A stretch of DNA of 64,000 nt from Mobula hypostoma (lineage: Eukaryota), in the NCBI RefSeq assembly GCF_963921235.1, contig NW_026948187.1, positions 6,696,001 to 6,760,000 on the forward strand, read 5' to 3'. Positions within the stretch are counted from its first letter, which is position 1; every line of letters begins with the position of its first letter. A program made the translations under genes and the position numbers. Shown here in pieces: positions 25,760-38,952 of this stretch. Below the pieces are notes generated by a model. That model was not told the DNA's origin and searched no databases. It saw only the letters and a list, made by a program, of their open reading frames with translations.

Positions 25760-26360
25760 GACTCGATGTACACAGAGGTGGCTGATAGAGGTGTATAAGA
25801 TGATGAGAGGTATGGATCGTGTGAATCGTCAGAGGCTGAAATGGGTAATATGAGAGGGCACAGTTTTAAGGTGCTTGGACGTAGGCGCATAGGCGATGTC
25901 AGGGTTAATTTTTTTACGCAGAGAGTGGTGAATGTGTGGAATGGGCTGCTGGCGACGTCGGCGGTGGCAGAAACGATAGGGTCTTTTAAGAGACTGCTGG
26001 ATAATTACCTGGAGCTTGGAAAAATAGAGGGCTATGGGTAACCCTAGGCAATTTCTAAAATAAGTATATGCTCAGCAGAGCTTTGTGGGCCGAAGGACCT
26101 GTATTATCCTGCAGGTTTTCTATCTTTTTTTGTTTCTATATCTGGTAAGGGTTTATAAGATTACGTAGTCCACAGACAGAATAGACTTTGTCCGCTAGGG
26201 TCAAATTGTCTAATACATTTTTTAGGTGGTGGGGGGAAGTGAAAAGGAGATGTGAGAGGCAAGTCTTTCCATACAGTGCTGGGTGTCTGGAATGTGCACC
26301 CTGGGGTGTTGGTAGAAGCAGATACGGTAGAGGCTTTTCAGAGATGTTTAGAATCTACGG
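25760..26360 (+). mobile_element. CR1 LINE 3' fragments
   Basis: RGHSFKV..NFFTQRVVNVWNGL. Confidence 0.8.
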
Positions 26361-27214
26361 CACATTACAGTTCCTTCGGCCCACAATGTTGTACCGACCA
26401 TGTAACCCACTCTGGAAACTTCCCGGAATTTCGCCACCGCATAGCACTCTATTGTCCTCAGCTCCGTGGACCTTTCTAAGAGTCTCTTTACGCCCGCAAT
26501 CTGCCTGTGATGCCACTGACCATGAACTATGGACCTCAACAATGCAAATTTCAACATGACATTCGAACTCCTGCACCCCAATGAACTTATAAATTCTTCA
26601 GATGCTGAAAATCCAAAGCAACATAAATGCGAATTGCTGGAGGAACCCATCCCTGGTAGTCAGCATCTATGGAAATAACGAAGGAGGTGACGTTTCCACC
26701 CGAGACCCTCCTTTCGAAGTGGAAAAGTGAGGGGGAGGGGGGACGCCAGAATAAAAAAGGTGGGGGAGGGGAAGGAAGTTGGCTGAAGGAGATGAGTGAA
26801 ACCAGGTGAGGGGAGGGGGAGAAGGGTAAATCTGATTGGAGAGTTGAGTGGAGCACATAGGCAAATGCCTGATTTCTGAAAGGCAACCTGCTAAACCTTC
26901 CCTGTGAAGCCATTTTGAAGGAATTGGGGATCCGTATTCCCAAATGACTGCCCTCTACCGCATTCATAGATGCTTGTCCATTCGCTACTTGGTTCACATC
27001 CTGCTTTGTCCAGTGGTATACCTTAAATTGTGCTGACATTTTCTTCCCGATTTTCTCAGCTGGTACAGATCCCGCTGCAAACTCTGAACCGCTCTACTTT
27101 ATACACTCCGTCCCCAATGTTGAAATAGCCTCATGTAGTTCAACGTGTTCAAATCTTAGTCAACCTCTCCTTGTCATGACGATTGATGGATAGATAGGTA
27201 GGTAGATGGATAGG

Positions 27215-27254
<40 letters not shown>

Positions 27255-28100
27255 GAGATAGATAGAGAGAGATACGGGTACTGTGTAAGCGACAATAAGA
27301 TTCGTTCAGAAGGTGATAGAGAGTGAAAGAGAGAAGCAGAACGAGATGGAGAGAGGAACAGGAAGAGGGGAAATGGAGGTCAGAGAGAAGGGGGAAATGG
27401 TGAGAGAGTGAGGCGGAGAATGGGAAAGAGAGGAGAGAAACTGTGGAGTGGAACTGTGCCGGCAACGGTGTTGGAGGCGGATACGATAGGGTCCTGCAAG
27501 AGACTTTTGGATAGGTACACGGAGGTTAGAAAAATAGAGGGCTGCGGGTAAGCTTAGTAATTTCTAAGGTGGGGACATGTACGGCACAACTTTGTAGACC
27601 GAAGGGCCTGTATTGTGCAGTGGGGTTTCGATGTTTCTATGTTTTCTATGCAATCGAGAGGGAGAAGGAGAGGGGGAGAGAGAAAAGAAGACGCCGACAA
27701 TCAGGGAGGCAGACAGACTGAGACAGAAAGAACGGTAAGTGAGCAGATGCAGACGCACTGCGACATTAACGGAGTAATTAAGAGGTAACTCCCTGAATGA
27801 GCGAGGTTCCGCAAACAGGTGGAGATGGATACTAATATACGTGTAATAGCAACACATTTCGAAAGAGGGCGCAGTCACCGGCGGAAAGAGAGAAGGGGAG
27901 ATGTGTGCAGAATATAAATCCGAATGAAGTCATACGTCACGTCGGGACTGACAGCGACGTCGAATCTGATTGGTTCATTCCGATGCAGGGGCGTGGCGAA
28001 CCCGTGTAATCCTTCGTCGTGTTTCCGGTGGAGCCGCACACGGAGTTATTGAGTCTCGCTCCGTGTCTCGGCGGCCGGGGTGAAGTAATCGCCAGAAAAG

Positions 28101-29389
28101 ATGCTTCCATTGCTACCGCTGTTAGCTTCATTCTACTGTAAGTCATCTTTAAAAAGATTTATCTTACGTTTCACTCTCACCTTCTGCTCTCTGTGCTTAC
28201 GATCGCCCCTTCTCCGCCGCTTTCCCCCTCTGCCTCTCGGGGTCTCTCTAAATCGCCGCACCTCTCCATCTGCACACGGATCGGCGGTCCATCTTTCTTC
28301 CTCGGCCCCATCGCCGCTCTCTGCCGCTTCTTTCCTATCCGATTCACTCTGACCCTCTTATCCAGAAAGCGGCAGCCCTGCTAATGCCGGTGAACCGCTT
28401 CGGTACCCGCTCCAAAGCAGGGAAACCCTTCTCTGCGAAGTGGCGACCAGAACGATACACGACGCTTCACATGTTTGCCGGAGCACAGGGGAGACTCGTT
28501 CACCCGTATCAATAGCAGAGTGGCCGAACTGTGAAGACTGTGCCCTTCGTGGTTTTACACATCTCTGTAAGGTCACCCCTACGTTCCAAGGAATAATGTC
28601 CAAACTTCCCGACCTCTCTCCCTAACTCGGTCCCTGGAATCCCGGTAACATCCTCGTAAATCTCCCTCTGCAATCTTTCCAGCTCAGTGGCATCTTTCCT
28701 GCAGCAGGGCGACCAACACTGAACGCCGCACCCCAGGCGCGGTCTCACCGACGTCTTGCCCAAAGGCAACGTGACCTCCCGACTCCCGTACTCAGCGTCC
28801 TGACGGATCAAGGCCAGCGCGCCACACTTCGCCACGCCTGGGTCCCACTCTTCCACAGCACTCCCCGGGGGTCCTGGAAGTCCTCCCTCTGCGCTGCATC
28901 TTTCTATCAAAATCATTTCTTCCCACCCTGTGCAAGCGAAATTCTCCATGTAGCGTCACGAACAGATCTGCGCACAATACCCTTTATAACTGAAGACTAA
29001 GCCCATTGACATATCCGGTACTGCGGCAGACTTGAGAAATCGAATCCTCCAAATCGGTCGTTAATTTCTTGCGTTCTCATTTTTTTCCTCCAGGGGCGAA
29101 CGCGGTGACCATCCACCAGACGCCGGACGCCTTCTCTGGGAGTCCCGGGGAGAAAATATCACTGAAATGTGTTGCGAAGGATGCCGGGACTGACACTATG
29201 CTTTGGTACAGGCAACGCGCGGGGAAGGCGCCGGAGAACCTCTTTTACTCCACGACCGTCGGCCACGCTGTCCCAGGAGCGGAGGCGGAAGGCCTCTCGG
29301 CCGAGAGACCGAACGGCCAGGAGTTTATCTTGAAGGCCTCCAGCCTGGGGATGAACCACACGGCCCTGTACCTCTGCGCCTGGAGTCTA
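28101..29389 (+). CDS. TRBV: TCR beta V gene V6 (CAWS clan, most TRBV30-like), apparently functional
   Basis: Leader 28101-28137 MLPLLPLLASFY with GTAAGT donor. V exon 29094-29389 reads VTIHQTP..LKC..MLWYRQRAG..LFYS..LSAERP..FILKASSL..NHTALYLCAWS. The intron contains a CR1 fragment. Confidence 0.92.
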
Positions 29390-29428
29390 CACGGCGACGC
29401 AGAGATTCGGCGCCGTACAACAAAAACT
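29390..29428 (+). other. 23-RSS of V6
   Basis: CACGGCG, 23-nt spacer, ACAAAAACT. Confidence 0.92.
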
Positions 29429-29589
29429 GCGAGTGCTGAAAGGGGGGAGGGGCGTGACTCTCTGAGAGACAGCTGAGATCTTGTCTGTGATAAGATCAGC
29501 TTTTCTTATCACTTGCGTCGTTTAGCGTCAACGTCTGAAGATTGTGCTGAGTGGGGGTTGGGGAGGAGGCGGAGCCTGCAAGTGTCACC

Positions 29590-30450
29590 ATGTTTTAATC
29601 ATATAACCATACAACAATTACAGCACGGAAACAGACAATCTCGGCCCTTCTAGTCCGTGCCGAACTCTTACTCTCACCCAGTCCCACCGACCTGCATTCG
29701 GCCCATAAACCTGCATTCCTTTCCTGTCTATATAGCTGTCCAATTTAACTTTAAATGACAACATCGAACCTGCCTCAGCCACTTCTGCTGGAAGCTCGTT
29801 CCACACAGCTGCCACTCTCTGAGTAAAGAAGTTCCCCCTCATGTTAGCCCTAAACTTTTGCCCTTGAACTCTCAACTCATGTCCTCTTGTTTGAATCTAC
29901 CCGCCTCTCAATGGAAAAAGCCTATCGATGTCAACGCTATCTATCCTCCTCATAATTTTAATTACCTCTATTAAGTCTCCCCTCAACCTTCTACGCTCCA
30001 AAGAATAAAGACCCAACTTGTTCAACCTTCCACTGTAACTTAGGAGATGAAACCCAGGTAACATTCTAGTAAAGCTTCTCTGCTCTCTCTCTATTTTGTT
30101 GTCATCTTTCCTATAATTCGGTGACCAAAACTGTACACACTACTCCAAATTTGGCCTCACCAATGCCTTGTACAATTTCAACGTTACATCCCAGCTCCTA
30201 TACTCAATACTCTGATTTATAAAGGCCAGCATTTTAAAAGCTTTCTTCACCACCCTATCCACATGAGATTCCACCTTCAGGGAACTATGCAGCATCATTC
30301 CTAGATCCCTCTGTTCTACTACATTCTTCAATGCCCTACCATTTACCATATATGTCCTATTTTGATTTGTCCTACCAAAATGTAGCATCTCAGATTTATC
30401 AGCATTAAACTCCATCTGCCATCTTTCAGCCCACTCTTCTAACTGGCCTA
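29590..30450 (-). mobile_element. CR1 LINE fragment
   Basis: WQMEFNADKSEMLHFG..LVRPNLE and NFFTQRVAAVWN. Confidence 0.9.
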
Positions 30451-31941
30451 CAAAGCTAGTATCCATAACCCACTTTGTTTCTGGAATGCGGAAGGAACCG
30501 GGGAAACCCCGAGGAAACCCACACGGTCACGGAAAGGACGTTCGCAAAAAAAAACCTCACAGACAGCAGCGGGAACGGAACGCCGGGTTCAATGGGCTCC
30601 CAGAAAGTTGAATGCGAATCACGAGGCCGGCTACCTCTGCGCCCGGAGTTTGCGCCGCGAGCAGGTAGTGAAACTCTCCACGCAAAGTAACTGGAGACAC
30701 GCACCGAGTCAGGGAAGGTCTGTACAGGGGAACGGACCGTCGACGTTCCAAGCTGAAGTTTATATTCGTCATGAGGGTTACATACACAGGCAATTAGTTT
30801 ATTTTACTTCCAACCCAACATTCCGTGATTTCCCGGTGTTAGTACACCACCATGTACTTCATCACATCGATTGTGGGAACATGGCGAGGGCTCATACCGC
30901 CAATCGATCACACGGTGAATCGACAAGGCCTCCTGCGTGTGCGGGGAACTCTGGGTTGGGCGCGGGTTTTCAAGTGCGCATGTCTTTCGGCCGGGCGGGA
31001 CCAGGTGGTCGCCCAGCGTGATCCGCTACCAACACGAATCCGTCAAAAAGGCCGGATCGCACAACTCCGTTTTTTGTTTCTGATCCCTGCATGCGTAACA
31101 CTGCATTCAATCAGATCATTTCGCCAAAGACTTCAAATCGTAATTCTCGGAACAAAGATGGGGTGGGGGGAGGAGGTGATAATTCGACTGGAATACTTAA
31201 ACGGGTTGCAGAGTCCGAGTTAAGTTTCGGATCCCCACAGAATTATAGCTCGGTCAATGTCCTGATGAAGATCCTCAGCACCACCTACAAACCTGTCGCA
31301 TTTTTGTTGACGCGGACGACACCAGCTGCCGGAAGATGGAACATAGAAGATTGAGCAATAGGACCAATCTCTCAGGCCTACTATATCCGTGACAACTCAG
31401 TCAAACGCTTTCTCTTCGATGTCAGTGCTCTGTATGACTTCCCAACCACGATATTATGGTGCGGCATTTTATCCCCATGTGACTTTCGGCCCAACAAGTC
31501 CGTACTATCATCACCTTCCTATTCCCTCTAATGCAACGGTAGTCCTGCTCGATCCATTCTCCCCATATTTGCGCGCATATTCTCCAGCTCACCGAACTTA
31601 CACTGGAGGCGTTGAAACCGACCAGCCTCGTCTTTGGGATTTGGACGATACTATCGTGACTTGGTTCCCTCGCTCGCTCTGCTGTTTTGCGATTGGAACT
31701 GCGAGAAATGGTCCGTGTGTGTGTCTGTGTGTGAGGCTGCGGAGTCGTGGAAAGGAAGTGACGTGTGGAGTCACGGAAAGAGCGAAACAGAGAGGAGGCA
31801 GAGAGCGAGAGGGAGGAAATAGCGAGAGAGTGCGACAGAGGCTGAAGGAGAGAGGGTGGCGAATTTGCGAAAGCATTGCCATTTCCACACCAGTTTCCTG
31901 AGATTCAGAGATTGATAGAGCGACTGCATGTATGAGAACGA

Positions 31942-31992
<51 letters not shown>

Positions 31993-32084
31993 TGCGAGCG
32001 AGCGAGAAAGAGAGAGTGTGCGTGGGAGAGAAAGCGAAAGAGGGGACGGAGCGAGGAAAGAACGAAAACCTGCAGTTAGCATTT

Positions 32085-32880
32085 GAGAGCGTGATACGGC
32101 AAGTTGGAGATAAAGATATAGAGTTAGAGGCAGAATATAATATTAATGGTAAGACTCTTGGCAGTATGGAGGATCAGAGAGATCTCGGGGTCCGAGTCCA
32201 TAGGACGCTCAAAGCAGCTGCACAGGTTGACCCTGTGTTTAAGAAGGCAGACGGTGCATTGGCCTTCATCAATCGTGGGATTGAATTTAGGAGTGGAGAG
32301 GTAATGTTGCAGCTATATAGGACCCTGGTCAGACCCCACTTGGAGTACTGCTCTCAGTTCTGGTCACCTCACTAAAGGAAGGACGTGGAAACCATAGAAA
32401 CGCTGCAGAGGAGATTTACAAGGATGTTGCCTGGATTGGGGAGCATGCCTTATGAGAATAGGTTGAGTGAACTCGGCCTTTTCTCCTTGGAGCGACGGAG
32501 GATGAGAGGTGACCTGATGGAGGTGTATAAGATGATCAGAGGCATTAATCGTGTGGATAGGCTTTTTCCCAGGGCTGAAATGGTTGCCACAAGCGGACAC
32601 AAGTTTAAAGTGCTGGGGAATAGTTACAGAGGAGATGTCGGGGGTAACTTCTTTACTCAGAGATTGGTGAGTGCGTGGAATGGGCTGCCGGCAACGGTGT
32701 TGGAGGCGGATACGATAGGGTCGTTTAAGAGTCTTTTAGATAGGGACGCGCAGCCTAGTAAAATAGAGTGTTATAGGTAAACTTAGTAATTTCTAAGGTA
32801 GGGACATGTTCGACACAAATCCGTGGGCCGAAGGGCCTGTATTGTGCTGTAGGGCTTCTATGTTTCTATGTTTCTATCAA
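32085..32880 (+). mobile_element. CR1 LINE fragment
   Basis: DLGVRVHRTLK..LVRPHLEYCSQFWSPH..RMRGDL. Confidence 0.92.
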
Positions 32881-33397
32881 CNNNNNNNNNNNNNNNNNNN
32901 NNNNNNNNNNNNNNNNNNNNNNNNNNNNNNNNNNNNNNNNNNNNNNNNNNNNNNNNNNNNNNNNNNNNNNNNNNNNNNNNNNNNNNNNNNNNNNNNNNNN
33001 NNNNNNNNNNNNNNNNNNNNNNNNNNNNNNNNNNNNNNNNNNNNNNNNNATAATTCGGAGACTCTTCAATAGGAACACGAATGACAGACAAATAGAGCGA
33101 GATGTCGGAAGGAAGACGCAGGTTGAGCTTAGACTAAGTTACTGGTTCGGCCCAGAAGCAAGGGCTTTCACTGTGTTGCAGGGCTCTGTGTTGTAAGCGA
33201 GAAGAAGGCTCAGAGTAACGATGCCCTCGGCAGGGAATGGTACAGACCGGAACTTGCAACAGCATCTTCAATCTGATTGGTTAACCTCCGAGAAAGGGCC
33301 AGTTTAACGCCCATCGTTTTGCCCCCAGATTCCCCAGGCTAGGAGAAGAACGCCTGTGTCTCCTTGCGGACAGCCCAACGGCAAACGTGGAGAAAAG

Positions 33398-33933
33398 ATG
33401 CTTCTGTTCCTGGCATTAATGGCGCGCTTTCACTGTAAGTCGCGCTTTTCGAATGTCCGATGTTGATTGGTTCATTGTCTCGCTGAAGTACCTTTTGCCC
33501 TCATTCCACCTTGTCCCTGCGTCCCGCTCTACCCCCTCCCTCCCTATTAGCTCTACCCTTTCTCCTTTAATGACTTATTGCTCCAGTGCTCCGAATATCG
33601 GGTAAATTCGCTCTCTTCCTCTCTGCCCCCCATTTCCCAGGTGTCAACCCTGTCACCATCGAGCAGACGCCCGCCGCGTTCTCTGGGTTTCCCGGGAAGA
33701 ACGTGGACTTGTCGTGCGCCATGCAGGGTAGCACAGATACCTTGTTCTGGTATAGACAGCACCTGGGGAGGGGGCTACAGAACCTTTTCTCCTCCCGAAC
33801 CACCGTTCACCGCGACCCAGATGGGGAGGTTGACGGCTTCACCGCGGAGAGACCGACAGATAGCAGCTTGAAGCTGAAGTCCTCCGGCCTGTGGGCGAAT
33901 CACTCGGCTGTGTATTATTGCGCTTGGAGTTCA
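33398..33933 (+). CDS. TRBV: TCR beta V gene V7 (CAWS clan); open frame, weak RSS
   Basis: Leader 33398-33434 MLLFLALMARFH with GTAAGT donor. V exon 33641-33933 reads VTIEQTP..LSC..LFWYRQ..NHSAVYYCAWS. Confidence 0.92.
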
Positions 33934-33972
33934 CACTGAGGCCCAGTGAGATGGAGAAGCTGAACAGAAACT
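33934..33972 (+). other. 23-RSS of V7
   Basis: CACTGAG, 23-nt spacer, ACAGAAACT. Confidence 0.88.
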
Positions 33973-34599
33973 CTCAGGCTTCACAAAGGCACATCAGTCA
34001 TTCTGCAGGTGTTTCCCCCGTCAAAGGGGAAGGGGCGGGTCTGGTCCCTCAAAGCGGAAGTGACCGCACTGTCAATCACGAGCATGAGCGCAAAGGTATG
34101 TCTGCACAGTCAGGCAGAAGCAAACGCTCTTCGAAGGCGTTTCCGCTCATCATTCCCACTTGCCGCCTTCCAAGCTGCATCGCCGACTTCGGCGGCGTTT
34201 CAACCCTTCTCATCCCCTAATTTCCCGCAAGAAACGTGTCCGAGGTGTTAATTTCAGAGGAGATCAGGGAGCGCTGCCGGGAGTGGCGATACAGGCACAG
34301 TGACGAGAACGCTCCCTGTCTGCTGTAGTCCACGTTTCTGGGGAAGAGGATCAATGATGCATTTAGCCGCAGCTATTTCCAGCTCCCTGCTTTCGAACCG
34401 CACTGACAGCGCTAGCTCCTGGTTGCTTTTAAGAGTTTTCAGTTCGTGGTCCTGATTGCCAGCGTTCATTTAATCTGTACAATTCTTACTAAACCTCAGT
34501 AAACTGTTCAATCGGTGTCTGTCCGTCTCCCTGCAGGCTTGAACGACCACTGAACACGTGTCCGTCGCATCCTCACACCCGATGTCGGTAGCTGTCACA

Positions 34600-36040
34600 T
34601 TCGGAGCATTGCATTGAGTTTTGGTCGCCCCATTCTAACACAATGACGCGGAGACTTCAGCGAGGCTGCGGAAGAGCCTTGCCAGGGCGAGGCCTGGATT
34701 ACAAGGCAGATAGAGCAAGGAGTGGTGGGTCATTCAGTTGGCTTCCCTGGAGCGCAGGGTGCTGGAGCAATTTTTCTTTTCACACTGAGAGCGCTGCGTG
34801 CCTACAACCTGCTGTGTGGGCGGTGGGGAAGTTGGATACCATGCAGGCATTTAAGAGGCCGTAGACGGACACTTGAATGTTCGGACCTTATGAGGGCATC
34901 AAGTTAGATCAGCCGGCGGGACCGGTCGAGGTATACCCCGGACTACTGTGGGAAGTGTGAGAGGAGATTGTTACTAAGCATCCGGAGATTATCCTTGCAT
35001 CATCAATAGGGAGGGGAGAAATACCGGTGGATTTGAGTGTTGTAAATTTTGTTACCCTGTTCAAGAAAGGGAGTACGGATAGTGGTGGGCAAGTTCTTGG
35101 AGAAGATTCTGAGAGGCAGGATTTATGAACATTTGGAGAGACATAATCGGAATAGGGATAGTCAGAAGGGTTTTATCAAGGGCACATCGTGCCTTAAGAG
35201 CTGACTGAATTTTTTTTTCAGGATTTAACAAAACACATTTACGAAGGCAGAGCAGTGAATGTAGTGTATATGGATTTCCGAAAGGCATTTGAAAACTCTC
35301 TTCATGCTAGGGTCCTTCAGAAAGTAATGAGGCATGGGATCCAAGGAGAACTTGCTTTGTGGATCCAGAACTGGCTTGCCCACAGAAGGCAAGGGGTAGT
35401 TGTAAATGGTTCATATTCTGCATGGACGTCGGTGTACCAGTGGTGTGCCTCAGGAATATGTTCTGGGATCCCCTACTCTTTGTGATTTTTATAAATGATC
35501 TGGATGAAGCAGTAGTAGGCTGGGTTAGTATGTTTTCGGATTATAGGAAGTTTGGGGGTGTTCTAGATAGTTTGGAGGGCTATCACATATTACAGAGCGA
35601 CATCGATAGTATTCAGAACTGGGCTCAGAAGTGGCGGATGAAGTTCAACCGAGATAACTGTGAAGTGCTTCGTTTGGAAAGATCAAATTTCAAAGCAGAG
35701 TATAAGATTAATGGCAGGACTCTTGGCTGTGTGCAGAATCAGAGGGATCTTGGAGTCCGTGTCCATAGGACACTCAAAGCTGCTACGCAAGTTGAAAATG
35801 CTGTTAAGAAGGCGTATGGTGTGTTGGTATTCATCAACCGTGGGACTGAATTCAAGAGCCGTGAGGTAATCTTATAGCGATATAAGAACTCAATCAGAAC
35901 TCACTTGGAGTACTGTGTTCAGTTCTGGTCACCTCATTACAGAAAGGATATGGGTACTATTTGGAGAGTGCAGTGGAGACTTACAAGGACGTTTCCCGGA
36001 TTGGAGAGGGCGTCTTTGAAAGTAGGTTGAGTGAACTTGG
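34600..36040 (+). mobile_element. CR1 LINE RT fragments
   Basis: VVYMDFRKAF..LLFVIFINDLD..YRKFGG. Confidence 0.88.
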
Positions 36041-36400
36041 CCTTGACTCCCTGGTGCGACACACACACACACACACACACACACAGTGACAGAGACAGAA
36101 AGAAAGGGGAGAGAATGAGTTCAAGAACTTCGACAGAATATTGTTAAGTGACAGAGGCTAGAACACAGACCGTAGAACCCGAAGACCAAAACAGGCGTTT
36201 GCCCTTTCCCCCACCATTTCTGGGTTAAAAACGATGCCAAATTTTGTTGAGTGACCTCGGACGGATCTCTGCTGATGGACACGTCGATTCCGACGTGTGA
36301 AATCGAGGGAAGAGGCTGGTCGAATTTCTAATGCCTTCCAGTGAGCGGTGAACAGCGAATCTCTCTGATCGCATTTAATGTGTTTCCTCCTAACAGGACA

Positions 36401-37014
36401 ACGGTTCAAAGAAAGATAATTTTTTACTGCGGATCGTGGCCTGGTTTGCCTGTGAGTAGTTTTGCTAAATATCTTACTCCCCTCTCGCTTGAGTTTCTTC
36501 TGATGTCTTGATCTCCCAAAGCTTTCTTCCTGATCCGGCACAGAAGGGAACACTGCCCGTCAGGGGATCGTTCCCTATGCGTCTTTGTCCGTCGGTCGCT
36601 GTCCGTCCACACCGGGGCCTCCAACTTCCCTTTCCCTTTTCAACAGGCGGCTGTTCTCATCTGGACGCCTGCCGCCCTCGTACACTCTCATCCCGCTCTC
36701 TGACTGCAGGTGAGAGGTCGGTGAAAGTGCGCCCAGATTCCGGACCCTTTCCCCGCACCGCCCGCCGCCAAAATGGAATTGCATGCACAGCGGAAGGAGG
36801 GATCAGCGCTGGTTGCACCCGATAGTTCAGGAAGAATCCGGGAAAGGGGGTCCCCAGAACCTCATTAATTGGATGGTCAGCATGCATCGAGAACCGAAGG
36901 GGAATGCGGGCGGATTAACGCCCAATAGGCTGAATAAACAGCTGATGTTGACTTCCAGCTACCTAACTGCCAATCCCTTCGCACGCTATTTGTGCGCTTG
37001 GAGCTGACACGGCC
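36401..37014 (+). pseudogene. TRBV: Degenerate TRBV pseudogene V8
   Basis: Leader relic 36401-36451 (ACG start, 1-nt deletion, GTGAGT donor). Frameshifted V exon 36710-37007 ends ARYLCAWS*. Heptamer CACGGCC, no nonamer at 23 nt. Confidence 0.82.
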
Positions 37015-37596
37015 ACAGTCTTATAACACGACAGAATTGATCCTTTAACCGCTGGCGACTGTTAGACTTTCTATCATCTAGAATACAATCCGGTTAACGT
37101 GTTTATATTTTCTCGTTCCTCAGTTATACTCATTAGGCCTTATTCGTCGAGCTGTCCAGTCTGCCCTGCCTGAGCATTGCTGTGACCTTCCCCCGACACG
37201 TCGTGCCACGCAACCCCGTTAATCCCTGTCGCTGTACCCCACCCACAACAACGGAAGACCGGAATACAGAGCTGCCGGTACTGCACCTCCTACAACCAAG
37301 TCTCACTGAAGGCGACAATGCGGTAAATCCACGGGCGGACACAAACTATAACTCCGTCACATTTCCCATGATCCTCCTTGCGCTGAAGCATGCGCAGCTC
37401 AGAACTTTAGACCCACCATGCCCAACCTTTGTTTATTCCCGACCTTGTGTGTAGAATTAACAAAACCTCTCTCCACAACCACTCTACTGTCTGCAGCGCT
37501 GGGTTCGTTCTCCCCCCGCCACTCCAGTTTAAACACCCACCCCCACCCCCGCACCTGCGCTCCCATTGACAGTCGCGCCAGTATTTTGGCGTTGGA

Positions 37597-37635
37597 GGTT
37601 TTTGTTCTGTTCCACCATCTGTTCGGGCCGCTGTG
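37597..37635 (-). other. 23-RSS of V9
   Basis: CACAGCG, 23-nt spacer, ACAAAAACC. Confidence 0.95.
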
Positions 37636-38232
37636 TAAACTCCAGGCGCAGAAATAACGAGCCGAGTGATTCGCAGTCAAACTTTTAGAAATCAGCTTGA
37701 ACTGGTTGACCCGCCTCTCGGCCGTTAACCCGTCCGCGGTCTCCTTCGGCTCCAGATGGTCGCGGTTCGCTGAGTAAAGGAGGTTCTGAGGTCCGTTCCC
37801 CGGGTACTGTCTGTACCAGTACATAGGTTGAGTATCATCCCCTCCTTCCGCCGTACAATGCAACTCCATTCCGTCGCCGGGCAGCGCGGAAAACGCGGCG
37901 GGTGTCTGGCGGACGGTCACCGACATCGCGCCTGTGGACCGGGAGAGAAACAAAAAGAAAGGTGGAAAAACTGAGTGACCGGCGTCCGGAGGTGGGCGGC
38001 GGAGAGTGAAACAGCAATTGAGGGAGAGACACGACGGGTGCGGTTACAGAGTTAGAAAAATAATCGCCATCTGAAGAACGTTAGATGAGTGAGTGAGAAT
38101 AATAATAATAATAATAATAATAAGAAGAAGAAGAAGAAGAAGAAGAAGACGAAAGTAGAAATTCAATAAAACCTACGTACAGGTAAACCAGGCCGTGATC
38201 CCCAGTAAGAGAAATGCTTGTCCGTGGTCCAT
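37636..38232 (-). CDS. TRBV: TCR beta V gene V9 (MDHG leader), functional
   Basis: Leader 38232-38181. Open 296-nt V exon 37931-37636 ending NHSARYFCAWSL. Confidence 0.95.
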
Positions 38233-38911
38233 TTTAACGCAATACTGAAAGAGAGGGTGACGAATCGCGGCGGGAGGAGCAGACGGCTTTGCCCTTTGTG
38301 CGTCAGAAGAATCAGAGGACATTAGTCACACCCCTTCCGCCGAGTTAACCAATCGGAATCGATGACGTGGTTAGTGCGGACTCTCCGTCGTATCATGAAG
38401 TTTCAGACGTTATCATGAACGCCAGACATTCCGCTGATGCTGGAAATCCAAAGCAACGCACTCAAAATGCTGGGGGAGCTCGTCACGTATGGCAGCATCA
38501 TTGGAAATGAGCGTTACGGGCCGAGACGCTTCTGTAGGACCGGGAAGGAAGGGAGAAGAAGTCAGAACTAAAAACTAAGGAGACGCGGAAGAGCGATTGT
38601 TAGAAATGGATAGGTGGTAGTCAGGTGGGTGAGACAGCTGGTGGTCGGCTGATGGCTGAGTCTGTTGTGGGAGCTGAGTGAACGAAAGGAGAAAGGGAAA
38701 TAATCACGGCATTTGGGTGGTGGGGTGCCGAGGTGATAGGTGAGAAGATTTAAGAGGCCAGAGTGGGGGGAATAGGGGAGTGGGAGGATTTTATTAAACC
38801 GGAAAGTGAAATCAATATTGATGACACCAGGTTGGAGACTGCCTGGACGGGATATGAGGTATTGCTCGCTAACGTCCTGAATCGCGGTCTAATTTGGTGT
38901 AATTTAGTTCT

Positions 38912-38952
<41 letters not shown>

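Noticed and set aside
31380-31900. 170-aa plus-strand ORF beside a GGAAGTGACGT motif
   Set aside because: No recognisable domain or paralog in the window; runs into a GA-rich repeat.
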